Of a stretch of 64,000 bases of DNA, positions 27,648-37,639 are shown piece after piece. Position 1 is the first letter of the stretch, and the number at the start of each line of letters is the position of its first letter. The notes under the pieces are model-generated. The model had not been told where the DNA came from. It worked only from the letters and a program-made list of their open reading frames with translations, and searched no databases. The DNA comes from Dehalococcoidia bacterium (lineage in GTDB: Bacteria > Chloroflexota > Dehalococcoidia > Bin125), in the NCBI GenBank assembly GCA_963555985.3, contig OY820591.1, positions 1,664,001 to 1,728,000 of the forward strand, read 5' to 3'. The position numbers and the translations under genes are program-made.

Positions 27648-29096
27648 GTGAGCGAGCCCCTGTTCCTCGCTCTGGACGCGGGCACGTCCAGTTGCCGCGC
27701 GCTGGTCTTCGACCGACAAGGCCGCCTGCGCGCCAGTGCCCAGCGCCCACTCGCCGTCGGCTTCCCGCAGCCCGGCTGGGTCGAGCAATCCGCGACGGAG
27801 ATCCTGAGCGCGCAGGTCGCGGTCGCGCGGGAGGCGGTCGCGCAAGCCGGCGGCCCCGGCCAGTTCGCAGGCGCCGCCATCGTCAATCAGCGCGAGACCG
27901 CCCTCGTCTGGGAACGCGACAGCCGCAAGCCGATCGCGCCCGCGATCGTCTGGCAGTGCCGCCGCACGGCAGAGCAGGCGGCGGCGCTGTTGCGCGAACA
28001 CGGCGACGAAATCCACACCCGCAGCGGGCTGCGAGCCGATGCGTACTTTTCGGGTCCCAAGATCGCCTGGCTGCTCGAGCACACGCCGGGCGCTCGTGAA
28101 CTCGCCCAGCGCGGAGCGCTGCTCGCAGGCACGGTCGACACCTGGCTGCTGGCCAATCTGTGCGCGGGCAATCCTCATCTGACCGACCGCACCAACGCCT
28201 CGCGCACGATGCTCTGGAACCTGCGCGACGGACATTGGGATGACGAGCTCTGCGAGTGGCAGCGCGTCCCGCGCTCGATGCTGGCCGAAGTGCGACCGAG
28301 TGTCGGCGACTTCGGACGCATCGACCGAGAGCTCCTGGGCCGCGAAATCCCCGTGCTCGCGGTCGCGGGCGACCAGCAGGCGGCGCTGATCGGACACGGC
28401 ATTGCGCAGCCCGGCTCCGCCAAGTGCACCTACGGCACGGGCGCGTTCGTACTCGCCCACGCCGGAACCTCGCGCAGCGCCCCGCCCGGCCTGCTCCTGA
28501 CCGCCTCCGCCGACGGCGGCGTGGCCTACGAGGGCGGTGTCTTCACCGCCGGATCGGTCGTGCAATGGCTGCGCGACCAACTTGGCTTTGCCGAAGACGC
28601 CGCAGGCATCTCGGCGCTCGCCGCCTCCACGCCCGACTCCGGCGGCGTCTCGCTGATTCCGGCGCTCTCCGGCATCGGCGCGCCTCACTGGGCGGCAGCG
28701 GCGCGAGGCGCGATCGTCGGCCTCAGCCGGGGCACGACCAAAGCCCAGATCGCCCGAGCCGCGTTGGAGGGAATCGCCTTCCGCGTGCGCGAGATCGTGG
28801 AGGCGATGGAGGCGGACGGAACCCCAGTCGCCGAACTCAAGACCGACGGCGGCATGAGCGAGAGCGAGATCATGCTCCAAATTCAGGCGAACGCGCTCCA
28901 GCGTCCGGTCGCACGTCCGCAGATGCTGGAGACGACTGCGCTCGGCGGGGCGCGTCTGGCGATGCAGGCGGCGGGCGTGGCCTACGAGGGCGTCGATCAG
29001 GCGGCGATCCGGTTCGAGCCGACCGCCGATCTGGAGGCGGCCTATGCACGCTGGGCCTCGGTGCGCCGCGCTGTGCAACAACTCGACAGCGGCTGA
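27648..29096 (+). CDS. glpK: Glycerol kinase (FGGY family)
   Basis: LDAGTSSCRA, PGWVEQ, NQRET, AIVWQCRRT, GDQQAAL, KCTYGTG, ETTALG. Confidence 0.9.
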   Translation: MSEPLFLALDAGTSSCRALVFDRQGRLRASAQRPLAVGFPQPGWVEQSATEILSAQVAVAREAVAQAGGPGQFAGAAIVNQRETALVWERDSRKPIAPAIVWQCRRTAEQAAALLREHGDEIHTRSGLRADAYFSGPKIAWLLEHTPGARELAQRGALLAGTVDTWLLANLCAGNPHLTDRTNASRTMLWNLRDGHWDDELCEWQRVPRSMLAEVRPSVGDFGRIDRELLGREIPVLAVAGDQQAALIGHGIAQPGSAKCTYGTGAFVLAHAGTSRSAPPGLLLTASADGGVAYEGGVFTAGSVVQWLRDQLGFAEDAAGISALAASTPDSGGVSLIPALSGIGAPHWAAAARGAIVGLSRGTTKAQIARAALEGIAFRVREIVEAMEADGTPVAELKTDGGMSESEIMLQIQANALQRPVARPQMLETTALGGARLAMQAAGVAYEGVDQAAIRFEPTADLEAAYARWASVRRAVQQLDSG

Positions 29097-29114
29097 TCGG
29101 CATAGACTCGACTC

Positions 29115-30737
29115 ATGGCGACGCCTGAATACGACGTGATCATCATCGGCGGCGGGATCAACGGCGCGGCGGTCGCCTCCGCCGTCGCCGCGCGGGGATA
29201 CCGCACGCTGGTGCTCGAACAAGGCGACTTCGCCTCGGGTACGACGGCGGCCTCGACGAAGCTGATTCACGGCGGCCTGCGCTATCTCGAAACGGGCGAT
29301 GCGCGGCTCGTGCACGAGTCGTTGCAGTCGCGCGAGCGGCTCTTGCGCGAGCGTCCGCATCTCGTCCGTCCGCTCGGCTTCGTGCTGCCGGTCTATCGCG
29401 GCGACCCGCGCCCGCCCTGGCTGATTCGAGCCGGGTTGTCGCTCTACGACCTGCTCTCGCCGCGCAAGGTCTCACCCTGGCACTCGTCCTTCTCGGAGCG
29501 AGCACTCCAGCGCTTCGAGCCGGCGATTGCGACGGACGGCCTGCGCGCCGCCTACCTGTACCACGACGCGCAGGTCTGGATGCCGGAGCGGCTCTGCCTC
29601 GAGTATCTGGCCGAGGCGCGCGCGTCGGGAGCGGATCTGCGCAACTACGCGGCGGTCGATTACATCATCGTGGACGGCGGACGGGCGCGAGGCGTGGACT
29701 TCCACGACGTGCTGAGCGGGCGGCGCTCGTCGGCTCAGGGGCGGTTGGTGATCAACGCGGCTGGGCCGTGGGTCGATGCGGTGCTCGATGCGACCGGGCG
29801 GAGCTTGCGCAGGCGGATCGGCGGGACTCGGGGTTCGCATCTGGTCTTGGACTTGCAAGGCCGCGGGCCCAAGCACGCGGTGCTCGCCAGCGCGCGCTCG
29901 GACGGACGCCCGATCTTCGTCACGCCCTGGCTGGATCACCACATCGCAGGCACGACCGATGTGCGCGACGACGATGAACCCAACGATGTTCGCGCCGCGC
30001 CCTGGGAGATCGACTACCTGATCGCAGAGGCGTCGCGGGTGCTACCCGGGATCGGGATCGAGCATCGCAACGTGCTCTACGCCTATAGCGGCGTGCGCCC
30101 GCTGGCGCAGGCGGGCGAAGGCGTGTTCGAGGGCGCGATCACGCGCCGCTCGTTCGTCGTCGACCACGAGTCCGAGGGTGTGCGGCGGCTGGTCTCGGTG
30201 GTAGGCGGGAAGCTGACCACCGCCGCTGAACTGGGCAAGAGCGTCGCCAGCGAAGTCCGCCGGCAGATCGGTCGCCCGCGAGCGCGAGGGGTCGCTGCGC
30301 TGCCTGCGCGCGTGAGCGGGCGGGCGACCTTCCTGGCGGCGGAAACGCAAGAGCATCTGCGCAACGTCTACGGCCCCAGAGCGCCCGAAGTGGCCGCCTA
30401 CACCGCGCTCGATCCGGCGCTGGCCGAGCCGATCTCGCCGCATCACCGCGAGATCGGAGCGCAGGTGGCCTTTGCGGTGGAACATGAAGGCGCGAGAACG
30501 GTCGGCGACGTGCTGCTGCGCCGCACCGCGGTCGGCCTCACCTGGGATCTCGGTCGCGCCGCCGCGCCGCGCACCGCCGAGCTGATGGCGGAGCGCCTGC
30601 GCTGGGACGCAGACGTGCGCGCCCAAGCGGTGCGCGACTACTTCGCCGAGCTGCACCGGCGCTTCGTCATCCTCGACCCGAGCACCGGTTCGGAGACAGC
30701 TCCGCCGCAAGAGCTGCGCGAGCGTCGGTCGGTGTGA
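29115..30737 (+). CDS. glpD: FAD-dependent glycerol-3-phosphate dehydrogenase/oxidase
   Basis: IGGGING, DFASGT...STKLIHGGLRYL, INAAGPW, GTTD, GVRPL, GGKLTT. Confidence 0.92.
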   Translation: MATPEYDVIIIGGGINGAAVASAVAARGYRTLVLEQGDFASGTTAASTKLIHGGLRYLETGDARLVHESLQSRERLLRERPHLVRPLGFVLPVYRGDPRPPWLIRAGLSLYDLLSPRKVSPWHSSFSERALQRFEPAIATDGLRAAYLYHDAQVWMPERLCLEYLAEARASGADLRNYAAVDYIIVDGGRARGVDFHDVLSGRRSSAQGRLVINAAGPWVDAVLDATGRSLRRRIGGTRGSHLVLDLQGRGPKHAVLASARSDGRPIFVTPWLDHHIAGTTDVRDDDEPNDVRAAPWEIDYLIAEASRVLPGIGIEHRNVLYAYSGVRPLAQAGEGVFEGAITRRSFVVDHESEGVRRLVSVVGGKLTTAAELGKSVASEVRRQIGRPRARGVAALPARVSGRATFLAAETQEHLRNVYGPRAPEVAAYTALDPALAEPISPHHREIGAQVAFAVEHEGARTVGDVLLRRTAVGLTWDLGRAAAPRTAELMAERLRWDADVRAQAVRDYFAELHRRFVILDPSTGSETAPPQELRERRSV

Positions 30738-30754
30738 GCGCTGTACTTCGGGCT

Positions 30755-33019
30755 TCAGGCGCCCCGAGGCCGCCAGCGCTGCAATCGAAGCGCATTCGTG
30801 AGCACGGTCAGGGAACTCGCGATCATGGCGATCGCGGCGACGATCGGCTCAAACTGACCGGTAGCGCCGAAGAGCCAGATCAAGCCGCCGGGCACGCCTC
30901 CGGCCAGGTCGAAGATCGGTACGGCGATTCCGGCGGCGAGCGGTATCAGCAGCACGTTGTAGGCGAAGGCGAAAGCCAAGTTCTGGCGCACGATTCGGCG
31001 CGTGTCGCGGGCGAGCAGAAGGCCCCAGGCGGCGCGTTCCGGATCGCTCTGCATCACCGTCACTTGGGCGGTCTCCAGCGCGATGTCGGAACCGGAGCGC
31101 ATCGCCAGCCCGACATCCGCCTGGGCCAGCGCAGGCGCATCGTTAATCCCGTCGCCCACCATCGCCACGACTTCGTCCTGCGCTTGCATTCGCGCGATCT
31201 GGGCCGCCTTCTCCTCGGGCAGCACGCGAGCGTAGAGGTCGTGGATTGCGGCATCGGTAGCGACTCGCCGGGCGGCAGCTTCCGTGTCGCCGGTGATCAG
31301 CGTGGAAGGAATGCTGCTCGATCTGAGCAGATTGACCGCTCGCAGCGCGGACGGCTTGGTCCGATCGGCCAGCCGGATTATGCCGATCAGCTTGCCCTCG
31401 CGGGCGACGTAGACCGGAGTCGCCGGGGAATCCGGCGCGTCTTCGATCGAGACCCGCAAATCGGACATCAGGCGCGCGTTGCCGACCGCGACTTCGCAGC
31501 CGGCGACCGTGGCCACGGCACCCCGCCCCGGGCGTGTCCGGAATTCGTGGGCGGGCGGCACGCTGAGCTCGCGCTCGGCGGCGTACTCACAGATCGCTTG
31601 GGCCAGGGGATGCTCGGAGTGAGCTTCGACTGCTGCCGCTGTGGAGAGCAGGAAGTCCAACTCGGATTCGACCAGTTCGCAGTCCACGACCTCGTGCCGC
31701 GCGGTGGTCAAGGTGCCCGTCTTGTCGAAGACGACGCGCGTCACCCGGCCGGCGGTCTCCAGCGCTTCGGCGTCGCGGAAGAGCACGCCAATCCTGGCCG
31801 CTCGTCCGGATCCGGCCGCAACTGCGGCCGGCGTAGCCAGTCCCAGCGCACAGGGGCAAGCGACCACGAGCACGGCGACGGCGCTGAGCAGCGCTGCGGT
31901 GAAGGCGGGCTGGGGGCCAAACGCGGCCCAAAGTGCGAATGTGAGCAGCGCGACGACTACGACCGCCGGGACGAACACCGACGCGATCTGATCGGCCAGC
32001 CGCTGCACCGGCGCTTTGGACGCCTGCGCCCGGCCGACGGCTGCGGTCACCCGGGCCAGAGCGGTCTGTTCGCCGATCTGGGTGGCGCGGTACTCAAGCG
32101 CGCCGTCCAGGTTGAGCGTGCCGGCGAAAACCGGATCGCCCGGAGACTTCTCGACCGGCAGGCTTTCGCCCGTGAGCAACGCTTCGTCAATCGCAGAAGC
32201 TCCCGCAACTACGATCCCGTCCACTGCAATCTGCTCTCCGGGACGCACGCGCAGCAGGTCGTCGACCTGGACGCGCTCCACCGGCAGCTCTCGTTCGAGT
32301 CCGTCGCTCACGAGGCGAGCGGTCTGCGGGGCCAACTCCAGCAGGCGCGTCAACGCGCTCGCGGCGCGGCGGCGGACTCGCGCTTCCACCGCTCGTCCGA
32401 GGCTGACAAAGCCGACGATGATCAAGGCAGTGTCGAAGAACACATCGCGGGAGGCTCCGGACTCGGAGAACGCGCCCGGCGCGACGGTCGCGGCGACGCT
32501 GTAACTCCAAGCGGCCAACGCGCCCAGCGCGATCAGCGTGTCCATGTCGGCGCGTCTGAGCAGGGCGGCGCGCGCCGCGCGTTGGAAGATCGGCCAAGCG
32601 GCCCAGAAGAGCGTCGGTGTGGTCACAGCCAGCAAGATCGGAAAGAGCAGGTCGGGGCTCCAGCCGAGCTCGGCCCAGCGATTCACCTGCATGGCGATGA
32701 ACACGCCCCAACCGAAGATCAGAGCAGGCAGCGAGCGCTCCAACTGTCTGCGAAATTCGGCTGCGTCATCGGGCGAATCGAGCTCGTCGTCGGCCTCGCC
32801 CAAGCCGCCGGTGAGCTGGTATCCGGCCTTCGAGATAGCAGCCTCGAGCGCGCCCGGCGGAGGCGGCCCATGTACCTCGATCACCGCGCGTCCGGCGAGA
32901 AAGTCAGCCGACGCCTCAGCCACCCCGTCAACGCGAGTGAGGGCGCGTTCCACCCGCCGCACGCACGCCGCGCAGTGCATGCCTTCGATTTGCAGCGTCT
33001 GCGTCTCCATCGCCGTCAT
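30755..33019 (-). CDS. copA: Cu(I)-translocating P1B-type ATPase
   Basis: HMA GMHCAAC, TGES, ACPCALGLATP, DKTGT, HP, GDGIND, YN and MIASS membrane motifs. Confidence 0.93.
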   Translation of the reverse strand: MTAMETQTLQIEGMHCAACVRRVERALTRVDGVAEASADFLAGRAVIEVHGPPPPGALEAAISKAGYQLTGGLGEADDELDSPDDAAEFRRQLERSLPALIFGWGVFIAMQVNRWAELGWSPDLLFPILLAVTTPTLFWAAWPIFQRAARAALLRRADMDTLIALGALAAWSYSVAATVAPGAFSESGASRDVFFDTALIIVGFVSLGRAVEARVRRRAASALTRLLELAPQTARLVSDGLERELPVERVQVDDLLRVRPGEQIAVDGIVVAGASAIDEALLTGESLPVEKSPGDPVFAGTLNLDGALEYRATQIGEQTALARVTAAVGRAQASKAPVQRLADQIASVFVPAVVVVALLTFALWAAFGPQPAFTAALLSAVAVLVVACPCALGLATPAAVAAGSGRAARIGVLFRDAEALETAGRVTRVVFDKTGTLTTARHEVVDCELVESELDFLLSTAAAVEAHSEHPLAQAICEYAAERELSVPPAHEFRTRPGRGAVATVAGCEVAVGNARLMSDLRVSIEDAPDSPATPVYVAREGKLIGIIRLADRTKPSALRAVNLLRSSSIPSTLITGDTEAAARRVATDAAIHDLYARVLPEEKAAQIARMQAQDEVVAMVGDGINDAPALAQADVGLAMRSGSDIALETAQVTVMQSDPERAAWGLLLARDTRRIVRQNLAFAFAYNVLLIPLAAGIAVPIFDLAGGVPGGLIWLFGATGQFEPIVAAIAMIASSLTVLTNALRLQRWRPRGA

Positions 33020-33087
33020 ACTGACTCTCAGGGTACGCCCAATACACTCGCAGCGATCCCTACCAGGGCGCGTTCAGGAGGTGCTCA

Positions 33088-34317
33088 ATGTCCCGCGTGA
33101 TGCTGCTGATCCCGACCGCCTCCTATCGAACGCCGGACTTCATGGCGGCAGCCTCGAAGATGGGCCTGGATGTGGTGGTCGCGTCGGACATCGATCAGCC
33201 GCTCGCGGACATGTATCCAGGACGCTGGTTGACGCTTCCGTATCACGATGTCGAGCAGGGCGCGCAGGTGGTGGCGCGGTATGCAGACCGCTTCCCGCTC
33301 GATGCGGTCGTGGCTGTCGACGATCCGGGCACGGTTCTGGCGGCGCGCGCCTCCACGGCACTCGAACTGGCCTGCAATCCACCGGCTGCGGTCTTGGGTA
33401 CGCGGGACAAGTCGATGCTTCGCGCCCGTCTCGATGCGGCGGGCGTGCTCTCCCCGCCGTGGCGCGTTGTGAGTTTCAGCGAGGACGCCGCGCAGATTGC
33501 CGCCGAGCTGGAGTATCCGCTCGTGGTCAAGCCGCTGGGACTGAACGGATCGCGTGGGGTAATGCGGGCAAACGACGCATCGTCGTTCGTGCGTGCAGTA
33601 GAGCGGTTGCGACGGCTGTTGGCTACCAAAGCGGCGGCCGAGGAGTGCGGCGAGCTCGCCGATCGCTACCTGATCGAGGGCTACATCCCCGGTACCGAGG
33701 TCGCGCTCGAAGGGTTGCTTCGAGACGGCGAACTGCACACGCTCGCGCTCTTCGACAAGCCGGATCCGCTTGAGGGGCCGTTCTTCGAGGAAACGATCTA
33801 CGTCACGCCCTCTCGACTGCCGGAAGAGCGCCAGCGCGAGGTCTCGGAAACGGCGCAAGCGGCGGCGGCGGCGTTGGGGTTGCGAGAAGGCCCGCTGCAC
33901 GCGGAGCTCCGCCTGAACGACGAGGGCGCCTGGCCCGTCGATGTCGCTGCCCGCACGATCGGCGGACTCTGCGCCCGCACGCTCCGCTTCGGAGCGGGGA
34001 TGTCGCTCGAAGAGATCGTCCTGCGGCACGCAGTCGGCGCGCCGTTGGAGACGCTCAATCGTGAAGGGCGCGCAGCCGGCGTGATGATGATGCCGATCGT
34101 CGGTCGGGGAAGGGTGCGCGAGATTCGAGGACTCGATCAGGCGGCGGCGGTGCCGCTGATTGAGAGCATCGAGATGGAAGCGCGAGTCGGCGACATGCTC
34201 GTGCCGCTGCCCGAGGGGGCGGACTATCCGGGCTTCATCTTCGCGCGCGGGGAAGAGCCAGAGTCGGTCGAGGCGGCCCTGCGGGAGGCATGGTCGCAGA
34301 TCGAGTTTGTGTTGTGA
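33088..34317 (+). CDS. ATP-grasp domain protein
   Basis: TRDKS.LR, YPLVVKP...GSRGV, LIEGYIPG.EV, HAELR, ARTIGG. Confidence 0.88.
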   Translation: MSRVMLLIPTASYRTPDFMAAASKMGLDVVVASDIDQPLADMYPGRWLTLPYHDVEQGAQVVARYADRFPLDAVVAVDDPGTVLAARASTALELACNPPAAVLGTRDKSMLRARLDAAGVLSPPWRVVSFSEDAAQIAAELEYPLVVKPLGLNGSRGVMRANDASSFVRAVERLRRLLATKAAAEECGELADRYLIEGYIPGTEVALEGLLRDGELHTLALFDKPDPLEGPFFEETIYVTPSRLPEERQREVSETAQAAAAALGLREGPLHAELRLNDEGAWPVDVAARTIGGLCARTLRFGAGMSLEEIVLRHAVGAPLETLNREGRAAGVMMMPIVGRGRVREIRGLDQAAAVPLIESIEMEARVGDMLVPLPEGADYPGFIFARGEEPESVEAALREAWSQIEFVL

Positions 34318-34820
34318 ATGAAGACGAACTGATTCAGTGGGCAGACTCGTTGGGCGAGGCAGAATTGGAGTACCTCTTTGAGCTCGCATCGAAGGAGCAC
34401 GAGTCGACGATCCGCGAGGCATCGACGCAGGACGGGCGGATCGTCGCGCTGTTTGGGTGGTCCATTGTCGGGATTGGAACACTCGCACTCACGGATGCGT
34501 TGAGCCTGTCCGCCGATCTCCAAGGTGTCGCGTCAATGCTCGCCATTGCCGCCACAGTGATCGCTCTCGTCGCCGGGACGTATGCGATCTGGCCTCGCGA
34601 TCTCGCTCAAGGAATCGAAGTGAGTTGGTATGCGGACAAGGGATCAATGCCGAAGCGTCGAATGCAGATCCTTGCGCTTGCCGCGCTGATCTCTGCCACC
34701 AGCATGAATTACGACTTCTTCGACCTTCGTTCCGCCGCGATCCGATTCATGGCCGCTGCGTTGATGGTGCAGCTAGTGACCATCATTCTTGCTCTGATCG
34801 CTGATGCTGTGTCTCGTTAG
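34314..34820 (+). CDS. Hypothetical three-TM membrane protein
   Basis: GTGA overlap with the ATP-grasp stop; three hydrophobic segments; lower GC. Confidence 0.6.
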   Translation: MNEDELIQWADSLGEAELEYLFELASKEHESTIREASTQDGRIVALFGWSIVGIGTLALTDALSLSADLQGVASMLAIAATVIALVAGTYAIWPRDLAQGIEVSWYADKGSMPKRRMQILALAALISATSMNYDFFDLRSAAIRFMAAALMVQLVTIILALIADAVSR

Positions 34821-34945
34821 AGACTTCGTTTCACAATCTTGATCGGGAGTTTCTTTGACTTTCTGTCAGAGGATGAACCTGTTGAGTTGGTGTCCGCTCG
34901 GCGGGGATCAGCGTTTTCGTTCTGGTTTGATGAATTCACTGGCAT
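34817..34945 (-). CDS. Putative 42-aa peptide convergent with the membrane protein
   Basis: MPVNSSNQNENADPRRADTNSTGSSSDRKSKKLPIKIVKRSL; stop codons overlap (TTAG). Confidence 0.3.
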   Translation of the reverse strand: MPVNSSNQNENADPRRADTNSTGSSSDRKSKKLPIKIVKRSL

Positions 34946-34996
34946 CGTACCGAGCCCAACATCCGCGTGTTTCTGTTCTGGTACGCCAAGCATACG

Positions 34997-36373
34997 TTAG
35001 CTGCCGCCGTTGTGCTGAGGCGAGTTTCGAGCAATCAGGCTCGGTCGAAGTGGAGTTCGAGTCCCTCGTATTGGCGGCCGCGCGAAGTAGATCGGTAAGA
35101 CCGCGGCAAAGGTCAGGATCGCGGTCACGGTGAGCGGCCAGGTGTAGGAGCCGCTGAGGTCGTAGAGGAAGCCGATCATCCAGGGTCCGACCCCCGAGGA
35201 GAGTTGCGTGGCCATCGCGATCAGTCCGTAGACGGCACCGAAGCTGACGTAGCCGAAGACATCGGACGTCAGCAGCGACTGGAGCATGTAGATGTTGCCG
35301 ATGGTGAAGCCGAAGACGAGGATGGCGACGAATGTGGAGGCGGCGTGATCGATGTGGATGACCATCAGCGCGGCTGCGCCCTGGACGACGAACATGATCG
35401 CGGTGAGGACGCGGAGATCAACCCGATCGGCGAAGAAGCGGCCCACGATCAGGCGGGCGACGATGCTGCCGAAGGCGGTCACGGAGAGTGTGGTGGTCGC
35501 AGCGGTGAGCGAGCCGAGCCGCTCTTCGAGGAACGCGGTCTGATGGAGGATGAATCCGGTTTGGGCGAGTAAGACGATCAGAAACGAGAGCAGAATCGCC
35601 CAGAACGCAGGCGTGCGGGTCGCGGCGCGGATAGACCAAGTTCGGGTCTGGTTGGCGAGGGAACGCGCTGCGCTGCTCGCCAGCGGACGGGCGTAGCTGC
35701 CGAATCCATCCTGCGGCAGCCCCATCTGTTTCGGGTCCCAGACCAGCACGAAGGCGACGATGGGCAAACCAACGACGACGATCAGCGCGCCCATGATCGG
35801 CGTTGCGACATCGAGGCCGAAGCCCTCGATCAGGAAGCCGTTGAGCGGGGAGAGCACGACTCCGCCAAGCGAGACGCCGGTGGAGGAGACGGCCATCGCC
35901 CAGGCTCGACGGTGCAGGAACCAGCGCGCCAGGGTTGCGTTGACCGCAACCCCGGCGCTCATGCCGGTGCCGATCGCGAGTCCCAGGTAGACGAGGTAGA
36001 GTTGCCAGAGCTGATCGACCTGACCGATGCCGAGCGACGAGAGGCCGATCAGGATCAGGCCGGGTCCCATCCAGCGGCGCGCTCCGTAACGGTCGATCAA
36101 GGGTCCGACGACGGCTCCGGCGAGTCCGGAGGCGGCGAAGTAGAGGCCGGTGGCGAGCGAGACCTGGCCGTTGCTCCAGCCGTGAAGCTCTTGCAACGGC
36201 CCTAGGTAGACAGCGAGTCCGTAGTAGCCGACGCCGACGGAGACGAAGAGGAGCGTGCTGCACGCAAAGACGATCGCCCAGCCGTAGTAGATATGGCTCG
36301 GAAGCAGGCGGGCAGCGAGCGGCCGCTGGGCGCGCAGCTCGGGCGGCGGGGTAAGGCTGGACGCGGTGGGCAA
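34997..36373 (-). CDS. MFS transporter
   Basis: IYYGWAIV, GPLIDRYGAR motif A, about 12 TM segments. Confidence 0.9.
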   Translation of the reverse strand: MPTASSLTPPPELRAQRPLAARLLPSHIYYGWAIVFACSTLLFVSVGVGYYGLAVYLGPLQELHGWSNGQVSLATGLYFAASGLAGAVVGPLIDRYGARRWMGPGLILIGLSSLGIGQVDQLWQLYLVYLGLAIGTGMSAGVAVNATLARWFLHRRAWAMAVSSTGVSLGGVVLSPLNGFLIEGFGLDVATPIMGALIVVVGLPIVAFVLVWDPKQMGLPQDGFGSYARPLASSAARSLANQTRTWSIRAATRTPAFWAILLSFLIVLLAQTGFILHQTAFLEERLGSLTAATTTLSVTAFGSIVARLIVGRFFADRVDLRVLTAIMFVVQGAAALMVIHIDHAASTFVAILVFGFTIGNIYMLQSLLTSDVFGYVSFGAVYGLIAMATQLSSGVGPWMIGFLYDLSGSYTWPLTVTAILTFAAVLPIYFARPPIRGTRTPLRPSLIARNSPQHNGGS

Positions 36374-36511
36374 GCGGCGTCGCGATCCGGTTTGCGTTGA
36401 TTGGGCGGGAGTGGGCTGAGCATATCGGGGGTCTGTCTCGCCGCCGGCGGTCTGGGCGACGCCTAGACTGCGCAGTGCCCGCAGACGAACTCAGAGAGAT
36501 GGGTGCGCGTC

Positions 36512-37639
36512 ATGGCCGAACGACAGACGGGTTGGGTGTTTCACGAGGCGTACATGTGGCACGACACCGGCCGCACGCGGGCGTTCGATCCCGTCTTGCG
36601 CAAGTGGATGCAAGCGTGGGAGCACTGGGAGAATCCCGACACCAAGCGGCGATTGCAGAATCTGCTGGACTTCAGCGAGTTCTCGGAGGAGCTCGTCCAG
36701 CTCAAGCCGCGTCCTGCGAACCTGGAGCAGATCCTGCGGTTCCATACACCGGAGTACGTCGACCGCGTGCGCGAGCTGAGCGAGGCCGAAGGCGGCGACG
36801 CCGGCGAGGGCGCGCATTTCTCGGCGGGCGGGTATGAGATTGCGCTACTGGCCGTTGGGGGGACGATTGCGGCGATCAACGCGGTGCTCGACGGGACGGT
36901 CGACAACGCCTACGCGCTCACGCGGCCGCCCGGCCATCACGCGGAGCGGGATCGGGGGCGGGGATTCTGCATCTTCGGCAACGCTGCGATCGGGGCGATG
37001 CACGCGCTGGCAGACCGCGGACTCGAGCGGATCGCGACGCTCGATTGGGATGTGCATCACGGGAACGGCACCGAGCAGGCTTTCTACGACCGCAACGACG
37101 GACTGACGATTTCAATCCACCAAGATCATCTCTACCCGCGCGGACGCGGGTTCATGGCCGACAACGGCGAGGGCGCGGGCGAGGGTTACAACATCAATAT
37201 CCCCTTGCCGCCCGGCTCGGGGCACGGCGCGTATGTCGCGGCTGTGGAGCAGGTCGTAGTTCCGGCTCTGCGCGCCTATCGACCGGACTTGATCATCGTG
37301 CCGTCGGGATTCGACGGGGGCATGTACGACCCGCTGGGCCGGATGATGGCCTACTCGGAGACGTTCCGCGAGATGACGCGCCTGCTGCTGGAGGCGGCGG
37401 ACGAGCTGTGCGGCGGGCGTCTGGTGCTGACGCATGAGGGCGGGTATTCGCCGACATACGTACCGTTCTGCGGTCTGGCGGTGGTGGAGGAGCTGCGGGG
37501 CAAGCGATCGGTAGCGGGCGATCCGTTTGCGGAGACGGCTGCGGGGGTCGGCGGGCAGGATTTGCAGCCGCATCAGCAGGCGGTGCTTGATGATGCGAAG
37601 CAGCTGGTTGAGCGGTTGCGTGGGCTTGAGGGGGTCTAG
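36512..37639 (+). CDS. Class II histone deacetylase family amidohydrolase
   Basis: RPPGHHA, GFCIFGN, DWDVHHGNGT, GFDGG..DPLG, HEGGY. Confidence 0.94.
   Translation: MAERQTGWVFHEAYMWHDTGRTRAFDPVLRKWMQAWEHWENPDTKRRLQNLLDFSEFSEELVQLKPRPANLEQILRFHTPEYVDRVRELSEAEGGDAGEGAHFSAGGYEIALLAVGGTIAAINAVLDGTVDNAYALTRPPGHHAERDRGRGFCIFGNAAIGAMHALADRGLERIATLDWDVHHGNGTEQAFYDRNDGLTISIHQDHLYPRGRGFMADNGEGAGEGYNINIPLPPGSGHGAYVAAVEQVVVPALRAYRPDLIIVPSGFDGGMYDPLGRMMAYSETFREMTRLLLEAADELCGGRLVLTHEGGYSPTYVPFCGLAVVEELRGKRSVAGDPFAETAAGVGGQDLQPHQQAVLDDAKQLVERLRGLEGV

Noticed and set aside
27375-33100. Long ORFs 27375-29360(-) and 30734-33100(+)
   Set aside because: Antisense shadows of glpK/glpD and copA, typical of high-GC DNA; same for 21267-23132, 19092-20576 and 44203-45909
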